64,000 bases of DNA from Octopus sinensis (GCF_006345805.1 NC_043001.1:46004001-46068000); one strand, 5' to 3'. Shown: positions 25,055 through 35,600, counted from the first letter of the stretch. Translations and numbers: made by a program. Notes: a model not told the origin generated them from the sequence alone.

Positions 25055-25103
<49 letters not shown>

Positions 25104-25213
25104 GTGATGGCAAAAAGAACAACAAGAAAAAGTGCAAGAAAAACAACAACAACCGCAGCAGCAACAACAGCAGCAGCAGCAACAGCAGCAGCAACAACGA
25201 CAACAACAACAAT
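25055..25213. repeat. (TAA)n/(CAA)n/(CAG)n trinucleotide tract
   Basis: Directly visible. Confidence 0.93.
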
Positions 25214-25413
25214 CCTTTCAAACAACAAAGTTGAGGGAGAGGGTAAATCGATTTCATCGATCCCAACACTCAACTGGTACTTATTTTATCGACCCCGAAA
25301 TTATGAAAGGCAAAAATCAACTTTGGCGAAATTTGAACTCAGAACGTAAAGACGGACGAAATACCGTTGAGCATTTTGCCTGGGACAGTAACGTTTCTGT
25401 CAGCTCACCGCCT
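25214..25413 (-). mobile_element. SINE family A
   Basis: TACTTATTTTATCGACCCCGAAATTATGAAAGGC...TTTGAACTCAGAACGTAAAGACGGACGAAATACC...CAGCTCACCGCCTT. Confidence 0.85.
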
Positions 25414-25415
25414 TA

Positions 25416-25438
25416 ATAATAATAATAATATTAATATT

Positions 25439-25479
<41 letters not shown>

Positions 25480-25537
25480 GAAGAAGAAGAAGAAGAGAAG
25501 AAGAAGAAGAAGAACAACAACAACAACAACAACAACA

Positions 25538-25568
<31 letters not shown>

Positions 25569-25610
25569 CAGCGATGATGATGATGGTGATGGTGATGATG
25601 ATGATGATTT
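25416..25610. repeat. Compound trinucleotide tract (TAA)-(GAA)-(CAA)-(CGA)-(TGA)
   Basis: Directly visible. Confidence 0.95.
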
Positions 25611-25689
25611 CTCTTATTGGAGATCTAAGGATTTTCGGAGTAGCATGTAACACCGCCACCCGTTTCCGATAGACCACAAGATGAGAATA

Positions 25690-25870
25690 CCTCGTACTCC
25701 TCGAAAATGGAGGCTAGGGCGTGTTTTCCGGAGATGTTTCACTAATAGCAGCCACATCCAAATCAAATGACCTGAGATCATTGAGCAAGTAACCTTGCTT
25801 CCAAGCTGATCCCAGGCCACGCACATTCACAAACCCCATTCTCTGCACAGTCATGCTTGTCGGAGAAAGA
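25690..25870 (-). mobile_element. L1/Tx1-type APE endonuclease N-terminal fragment
   Basis: MTVQRMGFVNVRGLGSAWKQGYLLNDLRSFDLDVAAISET resembles the APE N-terminal motif ..NVRGL....K...L...L.....D...L.ET. Confidence 0.75.
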
Positions 25871-25874
25871 AAAT

Positions 25875-26288
25875 GAGAAGGCATTACCTGCTTGATAAGA
25901 AACTCAGACGCTCTCGTGTCTCTGATGATGAGCCCAAATGACTCGGAGAGATCATTGTCAATCATGGCCTGGATCACACCAACAAATTCAGGAGTTCTTT
26001 TCTTAGCAGAACGATCATAGTGAGTTTCCCGAGCTGCCATACTTTCGTAATCATCCTTAGACTAATCCGCCTCTTTCCGAATCCTCTGCACTGTCCTCAG
26101 ATTGACACCCAAACACTCTGAAATGTTCATATTGGAGCTTCCGCAGTGCAACATGTTTCCAAATTTCTGGCAGAGTGAATTGCATCATGGTGCTGTTTTT
26201 CTCACAGATGGTGCCCAGCTGATCCTACTATACTGTATAGTCGAAAAATCAAATATAAAATGCCAGCAATTATCCATCGCAACCTGTA
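25875..26288 (-). mobile_element. maT-like (Tc1/mariner superfamily) transposon, 5' fragment
   Basis: Encodes KKRTPEFVGVIQAMIDNDLSESFGLIIRDTRASEFLIKQV (HTH region); terminal sequence homologous to 46126-46380. Confidence 0.75.
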
Positions 26289-26400
26289 TATAGATATTAA
26301 AGGAAAAGGAAAACAAAATCAAGGCAGGACAACCTTATCAAATCATTTTGAATATTTTAATTAAAGGTGAATGAAAGTAAGGAAAAGTAGACGTAAATGA

Positions 26401-26500
26401 TGTATTACAGCTGTTTCTGGGATATCTCAGGTAATGGATCAATATGTTTCAATATGTTGATCAACGTCCTCATGCACTAGGTATTCCTTCATCAGAGACA
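26401..26500 (-). ncRNA. Decayed PLE-type minimal hammerhead ribozyme with a ~55-nt loop II insertion
   Basis: Minus strand UGUCU-CUGAUGA-AGGAAUA...UAUCCCA-GAAAC-AGCU-GUA-AUACA; core intact, stems I and II mismatched. Confidence 0.55.
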
Positions 26501-26585
26501 AGATGTATGTGCAGGATTACCAATAACAGCACTTACGCTGCGTAGCTACTGGTTTAGATCATCAGTGACCTAAACCTTTCCTATT

Positions 26586-26626
<41 letters not shown>

Positions 26627-26730
26627 GCTACTCTTATGCTCTCTCTTGACCCACTAGTTATATGAACAAAATTCCTTGAAATAACACACTGGTCATTACT
26701 TCTGGAATCCTGGGATTCATAGATCCACTT

Positions 26731-26941
26731 ACCCGGTTTCCATAGCGCATAGATGACCGGGATCACATTTCTTCAATTAACAAGATGCCAGTCCGTCGCA
26801 GGATTACTCATTTACAACTGAGTGGATAGGAGCAACGTAAAATGAGTTTTGCTCATGAACACAACGTACCACCCAGCCCGGTAATCGAAGCTATGATCTT
26901 GTGATCCTGAGTGCAACACTTTGACCACCGGGCAACGCGCT
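26731..26941 (-). mobile_element. tRNA-derived SINE (family E, decayed)
   Basis: Homologous to 50780-51047 (ACTGAGTGGA...GGAGCAACGTAAAATGAG...AATCGAA). Confidence 0.65.
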
Positions 26942-27066
26942 TGGAATCGTTTGGATCACAGGAGCGCCTATTTCCCTCTCGTAGCCTCTGCTTCCTTGAA
27001 TCAATCTAATACAAATAACAACCAAATCTCCCTTAAATCGTTCACTTAAACCCCGTAAAAAACTCT

Positions 27067-27166
27067 CATTGCGTGGCACCTTGGGCAAGTGTCTTCTACT
27101 ATAGCCTCGGGCCGACCAAAGTCTTGTGAGTGGATTTGGTAGATGGAAACTGAAAGAAGCCCGTCG

Positions 27167-27232
<66 letters not shown>

Positions 27233-27240
27233 TGTGTGTG

Positions 27241-27293
<53 letters not shown>

Positions 27294-27494
27294 TTGTGTG
27301 TCTGTGTTTGTCCCCCCAACATCGCTTGACAACCGATGGTGGCGTATTTACATCCCCGTAACTTAGCGGTTCAGCAAAAGAGTCCGATAGAATAAGTACT
27401 AGTCTTCCAAAGAATAAGTTCTGGGGTCAATTTGTTCGACTAACAGGCGGTGCCCCAGCATGGCCGCAGTCAAATGACCGAAACGAGTAAAAGG
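27067..27494 (+). mobile_element. Composite SINE B/C with a long internal (TA)n(TG)n
   Basis: GCGTGGCACCTTGGGCAAGTGTC...GAAGCCCGTCG, then (TG)n, then TTTGTCCCCCCAACATCGCTTGACAACCG...GGCCGCAGTC. Confidence 0.88.
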
Positions 27495-27638
27495 AAATGA
27501 GAATGTAGTCTTCGACATTCGAAATCGTTATCGTCACATCTGAAATACTTTTGGTTATAGATGTATTAGGCCAAACTTGACCTGGAACTAAATCACAGCA
27601 CCAACAAGATTTATCAACTATCCACCCATCCATCCCTC

Positions 27639-28051
27639 GAATCTTTTCGGTTTGAACAGCAGTTTTTTCTAGCGGTGTCATAGAAATTGTCACCCATAAT
27701 TATGACCCTAGTATCGATCTATTGCATTTCAATCTGTTTTAGGGTTAGGGATGGGGGGAAGGGTATCTTTTTTTTCTTCAGAAATGTAAATAAACCCAAT
27801 CTGTTTCTTAAACGAGGGACATATTCATACGGCACAAAATGTTTTCACCTCAATAGACGTCATTGATTGGTTGAAATTGCAGAAATCGAAGAAAAAAACA
27901 ACAACAAATATCTTACAAACTATGGAATTTTCTCAATAAAGCCAAGAGAAAAAGATGTTTTATAAACACATTCTACCAGTATACGAAGTTTAAAAGTGTT
28001 TAGTTACGTGGAAATTCTTTTTAAAAAACGCCGTTCAAACCAAAAAGATCC
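27639..28051 (+). mobile_element. Merlin-type MITE family M1
   Basis: TIRs as in 23899-24303; degenerate 8-bp TSD CATCCCTC/CATCTATC; internal GGGTTAGGGATGGGGGGAAGGG. Confidence 0.85.
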
Positions 28052-28052
28052 C

Positions 28053-28102
<50 letters not shown>

Positions 28103-28653
28103 ATCTATCTATCTATCTATCTACTGCCATAACCGTCCGTTAGTTCTGTTGTTACCCTTCAAACTGTTTATTCTTCCAACAACCCGTCACGGAAACTATG
28201 CAATAAACTCTTCACTCCCACTCAGATCTCAGCATTTGTAAGGCGAAGGCCTAAAATAGACTGGCTAGGTGAATGGGGAAGAGGTGAAGTGTGTGTGGGA
28301 GGAGAAGGTTTACGTGACCAGCTGCTTGATTCAATAGAATTGAGCAGACGGGGGAGACATTTTGTTCAGAAAAGAGGAATTGAACAACCAGGTGTGTCTT
28401 TCCTCTCGCTAATATGCATGCGTTTTGTTTGTGTACTTTGCGCGCGTGTGTGACTGTATGCCTGTGGCAGGAGAGGGGCATGTATACGCGTGGAGAGAGA
28501 GAGAGGGAGGGAGGGTGGACAGACAGACAAGGGAGGACAGAATGACATTCGATCAGACGAACACAAACGTAGACAAAGACAGTACAGGTATCTCATTCAT
28601 TAATTCAGCGTATATATATATTGTAAAGATGTGTGTATGTGTGTGTGTGTGTG

Positions 28654-28687
<34 letters not shown>

Positions 28688-28894
28688 ATGGTGTATGTAT
28701 AGGGTAAGCAAAAAGTCACGAAAACTGAAATTTAAAACAATTTTCCTTAATTATCATTTTGTGTGTATTTTTTCTTGAAAACTGTGATTGAATATTGAAA
28801 GGTTTTCAATGTTACCAATACTTAAGAAAAATATCTTAAAAAGTAATTAAAACGAAATTTTTAAAATTTCAGACTTCTTCGTGACTTTTGGCCC

Positions 28895-28960
28895 ATCATA
28901 CATACATACATACATACATACATACGTACGTACGCGCGCACACACACAAACACACACACA

Positions 28961-29009
<49 letters not shown>

Positions 29010-29075
29010 CCACCCACACACACCCACCCACACACACCCACCCACACACACCCACCCACACACTCACCCCCCACA
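28895..29075. repeat. (CATA)n-(CA)n-(CACC)n microsatellite
   Basis: Directly visible. Confidence 0.93.
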
Positions 29076-29299
29076 CATATATTGCAGGTATGGCTGTGTG
29101 GTAAGAAGCTTGCATCCTAACCACATGGTTGCTGGTTCAGTCCTACTGCGTGGCTCCTTGGGTAAGTATTTTCTACTATAGCTTAGGGCCCAAAAAACCT
29201 TGTGAGTGGATTTGGTAGACGGAAACTGGAAGCCCGTCATATAATAGTGTTTCCTTAAACTGAACTCTACTATTTCCTTCTGTTTAACTCTCTCATATC

Positions 29300-29347
29300 G
29301 TCTCTGATTATGGGATATCTTTTATATCCCTGAAACAGCTGTAAGAC
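29300..29347 (+). ncRNA. PLE-type minimal hammerhead ribozyme, degenerate (G8U)
   Basis: GUCU-CUGAUUA-U-GGGAUAU-CUUUU-AUAUCCC-U-GAAAC-AGCU-GUA-AGAC: 4-bp stem I, 7-bp stem II, palindromic ACAGCUGU stem III, GUA cleavage triplet. Confidence 0.72.
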
Positions 29348-30435
29348 AACCTTTCTTTTTATAAATGTCCTAGAAATTTCACATTGTCCTGGTTTTGTTG
29401 TCTCATTTTATTTAACAAATACACGCCCCGTATTAGACTCCTCACTCATACTATTATCGAACCGGGAGTCTAACAGCAGTCCTTCCGTAGCACTTACACA
29501 GTCTTACCTGCCTTTTGGGTCTTCTGGATACCAAAACCTCTCATATATGTGTGTGCGTGTGTGTTTGTGCCGGTGGTTGTCCAACGCCACTTGGTAATCG
29601 GTGTTGGTGTGTTTATGTCCCTGTGACATAGCAGTTCAGCAAAAGAGTCTGATAGAATAATCATCAGGCTTAGCCTCCCCCACCCAAAAATCAATGCTAC
29701 TAGGGTTGATTCATTCGACAAAAAAATCCGTCAAGGCGGTGCCCCAGCATGGCTGTAGTCTAATGACTGAAACAAAAAAAAAATATATATATACATACAT
29801 GCGCACGCGCATACAAATGGTTTCACATTTTGGCACAAAGCCTGTAATTTTGGGGGTGTGGGTAACTCGATTACACCGATTCCAGTGTTCAACTGGTAAT
29901 CATTTTATCGACGCTGAAAAGTTGAAACGTAAAGTCGACCGCGTCGGAATTTGAACTCAGAACATAAGGACGGACGAAAGACATTCAGACACTTATATTT
30001 ATCAACATATAGGCACAAGCATGGCTGTATGCTTAAGAAGTTTGCTTTGCAACCACTTAGTTTCGGGTTCAGACCCACTGCGTTTCACCTTGAGTAACTG
30101 TCTTCTACTGTTGTTGCTTCTTCTTCTTCTTCTTCTTCTTCTTCTTCTTCTTCCAATCAGGACTCATGCCATGAGCCACAAAGAATAATCTCTAATTCGA
30201 GCCTACTCTAAGCTACTAAGAATGCGTATGGCAACTTGAAGATCCACCCACCACACGCGATAGACTGGCGGTTGCACGGGCGCGAAAGCTACGTTGTTAT
30301 CCTCATTCCGTAAACAGTGGCTTCTGACGGGTGGAGAGCTGAACCATCCTGGGGTTACAGAGGATTCGCAATCTAGACTAGGGAGTGAAAGTTTACCACA
30401 CCATAGCGGGTTGCATCATAGTTCCTCTGCTTTGT

Positions 30436-30614
30436 GGCAGAAGTATGAAGAAAGAGTGAGAGAAAGTTGTGGTGAAAGAGTACAGCGGGGTTCACCACCA
30501 CCACCCTCGCCGGAGCCTCGTAAAGCTTAGGTGTTTTTGCTCAATAAACACTCACAATGCCCGGGCTGGGAATCGAAACCATGTTGCTCTAACCACTGGG
30601 CCATTGCGCCTCCA
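30436..30614 (-). mobile_element. tRNA-derived SINE family D, 5' part
   Basis: Minus strand GTGGAGGCGCAATGGCCCAGTGGTTAG (A box) ... TTTCGATTCCCAG (B box). Confidence 0.82.
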
Positions 30615-31104
30615 CTACTGTTGTTGCTGCTTGTGCTGCATCAATTTAATCTTTCCACAGACTTCCAAAACAACTAAATGTGCAACATTGTTCCGTTGTT
30701 AGTAATTATTATCATTGCATATCTATTAAACTATGTCTACTTCTCATTTCAAATCGTGCCAAAATGTTTTTTTGGCCTTTTATCTTTTGTAGTTATGATA
30801 AAAAGTACCAGTGAAACACTGATCTCCATACTATCGACTTCTCAGGCGACGAGCTGACAGAATCGTTAGCACGCCAGGCAAAATGCTTAGCCTTGTGCCA
30901 AAATGTTTATTTTCTTGTACATCGGTTAGAAAGGGTTATTAATTCTATTACATCCCATCCCTTTAATAAGTTGGCTATTCCCAAATTTCCAAGGAGGACA
31001 TTGTATAGACGATTCTAGGTTATCATAAGGCCCCCGTGTGTGTGTATATGTATGTATGTATATATATATACATACATGCACACACACATATATATATATA
31101 CACA

Positions 31105-31319
31105 CAAGAAACAGGAAGAGAAGCTGGGACCCACTGGAGGAGCCTAGTGAAGCTCCAGGTATTTTTGCTCAATAAATACACACAATGCCCTCTCTGGGAA
31201 TCGAAATCGCGGTCGGAGGATCGCGATTTCGATTGTGTGTATTTATTGAGCAAAAATACCTGGAGCGATCCTCCGACCGCGAGTCCGTTGCCCTAACCAC
31301 TGGGCCATTGCGCCTCCAC
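31105..31319 (-). mobile_element. SINE family D with an internal inverted insertion
   Basis: Same head as 30436-30614; 31212-31266 is an inverted copy of adjacent SINE sequence. Confidence 0.82.
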
Positions 31320-31794
31320 AGTTGAGTGTAATGCAAATAGATAAATATTTCTTTCCAGGGCATACATGCTATCTATGCAGGCTGACTAATATGATGAAGA
31401 TGTATGAACTTTAGCCGGTGTGCCAGGTGGTGAATATATCAATCTCATTTGCAAAAGCATCTAACACCCAACATAACAAAACCATTAACAAAGAAAACAA
31501 ATAAGAACAACAACAAGAGAAATCTCTCGCCGCATCCTTATTACCTGCAGGCTACAACTGACCGTCTACTTATTCTCTCTGCCTTTTTAATCCTAAATAC
31601 ACATTCTGTCAGAAAACTGTCCTCATTGACCTGGTTGTGGTCTAATATATTACCTCCTACTTGGATTCCTACTAACCCAATGAAAGATTCTGCCCGATAA
31701 GTTGGTGCGAACATATAAAGCCGTGAACGCTGAAGAGCTAATTAAAAATAATTATACAGTGAAGGAAAGAAAATATTAGTTCAAAGACTAATTA

Positions 31795-33210
31795 ATATTA
31801 TTCATAAATATTAAGGCGGTGAGCTGTCAGTCGATGTAAGCGATTATCCCCTCAATCCCACAAAATTTCAGGCCTTGTACCTATAGTAGAAAAGAATATT
31901 GATTTCAAATTTTGGCACAAAGCCAGCAATTTTGGTACTTATTTTATCGACCCCGAAAGGATGAAAGGTGAAGTTGATCTCTGTGGAATTTGAACTCAGA
32001 AGAAATGCCGCTAAGCATTTTGCCCGGCTAGAAAATACTGGTTTCAAATTTTAGCACAAGGCCACAGCAGTTTTGTAGGAGGGGGTTAATCGATTACATC
32101 GATTCCCAATGTTCAACCGGTACTTTCTTTTTATCGACACAGAAAGAGTGAAAAAGAATATTATTATTAATAAATATTGGTTTCAAATTTTGGCACAGGG
32201 CCAGCAATTTCGAGGGAGAGGTTAAGTCGATAATATTGACCCTAATGTCCGACTGGTATTTATTTTATTAACCTCGAAAGGAAAAGTCGACCTCGGTGGA
32301 ATTTGAACTCAGAGAGGACAAACAAGGACAGATAAACGGATTAAGTCGATTATATCGACCCCTGTGCGTAACTGGTACTTATTTAATCGACCCCGAAAGG
32401 ATGAAAGGCAAAGTCGACCTCGGCGGAATTTGAACTCAGAACGTAGCGGCAGACGAAATACCTATTTCTTTACTACCCACAAGGGGCTAAACACAGAGGG
32501 GACAAACAAGGACAGACACACGGATTAAGTCGATTACATCGACCCCTGTGCGTAACTGGTACTTATTTAATCGATCCCAAAAGGATGAAAGGCAAAGTCG
32601 ACCTCGGCGGAATTTGAACTCAGAACGTTGCGGCAGACGAAATACGGCTACGTATTTCGCCCAGTGTACTATCAATTCTACACGCCCGTCACCTTATATT
32701 ATTAATGAATATTATTTTAATTACTCTGGTAAAGAAAAAGACGGTGAGCTGATAAAATCGTTGGCACGCCGGACAAAATGCTTAGCGTCATTGCTCCCGA
32801 GTTTATGTTCTGTGTTCAAATGCCACCGAGGTCGACTTTGCCTTTCAACCTTTCGTGGTCGACAAAATAAGTACCAGTTGAGCTGTGGAGTCGATGTAAT
32901 CGGCTTACCGCCACCCACAAAATTGGTGACCTTGCGCCAAAATTTGAAACCAATATTACTTATAAATAACCTTTAAAAAAAAAAGTTCTGGAAACAATGA
33001 AATATCTCCGAGATTCAGCTCGGAAAACTACATTGATATACCAAATTAAAAAATTTTCAATAAACATTGAATTTTCGAAAGTTGGTAGCCAAACTGAAAA
33101 GGTCCTTCAAAACTGTTCAATTCACGTTGCTCCAGTCCATTTAACTGAGATCGATGTAATCGATTAACTTCTCCCACTAAAATTGCCGACCTTCTGCCAA
33201 AGTAGAAGAA
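31795..33210. mobile_element. Cluster of at least 6 whole or partial SINE A copies, including a 184-bp-period head-to-tail dimer (32312-32670)
   Basis: Repeated GACCCCGAAAGGATGAAAGG, AAAGTCGACCTCGGCGGAATTTGAACTCAG and TTTTGGCACAAGGCCAGC motifs in both orientations. Confidence 0.85.
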
Positions 33211-33236
33211 ATTAATTTAAGTTAGAAGTCAAGTGT

Positions 33237-33395
33237 TGTGGATGCGAGTTCAAATTGAAATTTCGGCAGTAACACCACGGAAAAAAAAGAGTAGATGCAT
33301 GCATGTATTTTGATGTGGATGGGAGTTCAAATTTAAATTTCGTCAGTAACACCACGGAAAAAAAAAAGACTAGATGCATGCATGTATTTTGATGT
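33237..33395. repeat. 77-bp tandem duplication
   Basis: 33237-33313 and 33314-33392 both read TGTGGATG.GAGTTCAAATT.AAATTTCG.CAGTAACACCACGG(A)nGA.TAGATGCATGCATGTATTTTGA. Confidence 0.9.
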
Positions 33396-33751
33396 AGCTA
33401 ACAAGTAACATTCACTCTAAACACATTTTTTCCATCGTATCTACAAAGTTTCCATCCCATTGCAGGGGAGAAAGAATTCTTCTGTATTATTAAAACCAAG
33501 ATGGTTGATGGCCAGTTTTATGTAGGATACTCAAGTGTTGGAAGAACCTCGCCTCTAATCTCTATATTTATATTCCTGGTGCTGACATGAAAATATTGTG
33601 AGTTGCTAAGACTATGATGAGCACAGATCTAATATCATATAGGGCTGAGGATCATCGCAACTATTAATATAATTTCTGTATCATTGCAGTTCCAATATTT
33701 CCATGTGTTGGCTTCCTCTTGGCATTCTGTTTCTACGTTATAAGCATGATG

Positions 33752-34386
33752 GGATCTTTTCCTTTTGAACGGCAGATGTCAACACAATTTCTAGTTAACT
33801 AAACACTTTTAAACTTCGTATACTGGTAGAATGTGTTTATAAAACATCATTTTCTCTTGGTTTTATTGAGAAAATTCTATAGTTTGTAAGATATTTCGTC
33901 TGAAAATCCGAGCGTTTCGGCAATTTTAACCAATCGATTACCTCCGTTCAACTAAAATCATTTGCTGCGTCTAAAACTGAGACAACATCCTGTAACTAAC
34001 CCTAAACCTCCCCCTAACCCTAACCCTAACCCTATTTTTTTCTTAATTGTTAAATTAATTTAATTCCATTGCTTTAGCTTTTTTTACACGTGTAACAATT
34101 AAATTAATTTAACAATTAATAAAAAAAAATTAGGGTTAGGGGGGAGGTTTAGGGTTAGTTACAGGATATTGTCTCAGTTTTAGATGCAGAAAATGATTTT
34201 AGCTCAGAAGAGAGCATAGGATTGGTTAAAATTCGAAAAATTAAACTACGTTAAACAAACAAATTACAATTTTCTCAAGAAAGCCAAGAGAAAAAAATGT
34301 TTTATTTTGACACATTCTACCAGTATACGAAGTTTAAAAGTGTTTAGTTAACTAGAAATTGTCTGCCGTTCAAAAGGAAAAGATCC
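33752..34386. mobile_element. Merlin-type foldback element (~300-bp inverted arms) with telomeric repeats in each arm
   Basis: TIR GGATCTTTTCCTTTTGAACGGCAG; perfect 9-bp TSD AGCATGATG (33743-33751 and 34387-34395); CCCTAA repeats at 33996-34033, TTAGGG repeats at 34129-34158; 31-bp central spacer. Confidence 0.88.
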
Positions 34387-34739
34387 AGCATGATGTTATT
34401 GGACATTAGTGGTTTACCTCTTCATACTTTGGTTTCTATTCATTTAAAAAATGTATTTTAAGAATGAAAGAAATTCAAGAAAAAAAGTTAATTCCGCCGA
34501 GGTCAGCTATGGCTTTCATCCCACCGTAACAGATAAACTGGTACTCCGTTGGTTATGACGAGGAGTCTTCCAGTTGATCCGAGTCAACCGATCAGCCTGC
34601 TCGTGAAAGTAAATGAAAACGTGTTCACTTTTACTTAATCCCGTGGTCTTATTTAATATGCTTGAATTACACATGTGTAGTTTACATACTTGAAGTGCTA
34701 AACGTACTATTAACACTTTCTGTTTCTAATATAGCAATA

Positions 34740-35600
34740 TTGTTTCAATTTTGATGTAAGGCCAACAGTTTTATGAGAATGGGTTGGCCGATTACAGTGC
34801 CCCCAGTACTTATTTTATCGACCCCCCAGAAAGAACGAAAAGCAAAGATAACCTCGGCGAGATTTGAACTAAAAAACGTAAGGAGCCGGAAAAAATGCCG
34901 GAAAGCGTTTTGTTAAGGTGCGGTAACGATTCTGCCAGTTCGCTGTCTTTCAAATAAAACTAAGATCTTTTCTACTATAAGCACAAATCCTGAAATTTGG
35001 GGGCAGGGGCAGCCAGTACTATCGATCTCATACGCAATTCATACTTTATTTTATAGAGAAGATCTTCCTGAGAAGATGAAAGGCAAAGTCGACCTCGACG
35101 GCATTTAAACCCAGAACGTAATGACGGACGAAATGCTGCTAAGCATTCTACCCGGTATGCTAATGTTTCTGCCAGCTCGTCGCCATTTGTACTATTAATA
35201 TCAGTTTCAAATTTTTGCACACATAGCCAGAAATTTGGGGGAGGAAGTAAATCGGTTACATTGATCCCCAATGCTTAAAGGAAACATATTTTACCGATCC
35301 CGAAAGGATGAAAGACAAAGTCGACCTCGGCGGAATTTGAACTCAGAACGTGAAGACGGACGCAATACCTATTTCTTTACTACCCACAAGGGGCTAAACA
35401 CAGAGGGGACAAACAAGGACAGACAAACGGAGTAAGTCGATTACATCGACCCCTGTGCGTAATTAGTATTTAATTTATCGACCCCGAAAGGATGAAAGGT
35501 AAAGTCGACCTCGGCGGAATTTGAACTCAGAACGTAATGCCAGACGAAATACGGCTACGCATTTCGCCCTGTGTGCTAACGTTTCTGCCAGCTCGATGCC
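34740..35600 (-). mobile_element. Three or more tandem SINE A copies, the last forming a 184-bp-period dimer
   Basis: SINE A cores at ~34805, ~35075, ~35300 and ~35480; junction GCAATAC|CTATTTCTTTACTACCC at 35368. Confidence 0.85.

Noticed and set aside
25004-25677. Poly-Q, poly-N and poly-T ORFs suggesting a low-complexity protein
   Set aside because: Trinucleotide microsatellites flanking a SINE; no splice context or domain.
30560-30614. tRNA-like sequences here and at 31270-31319, 50980-51047 and 53398-53490
   Set aside because: These are SINE heads with A/B boxes followed by SINE bodies; no complete cloverleaf.
32312-32670. Repeat-spacer-like periodicity suggesting CRISPR
   Set aside because: The units are 184-bp SINE copies with no unique spacers; eukaryotic context and no cas genes.
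33996-34158. Interstitial telomere or chromosome-fusion scar
   Set aside because: The repeats are short, have the opposite polarity to a fusion, and lie inside a TSD-flanked transposon.
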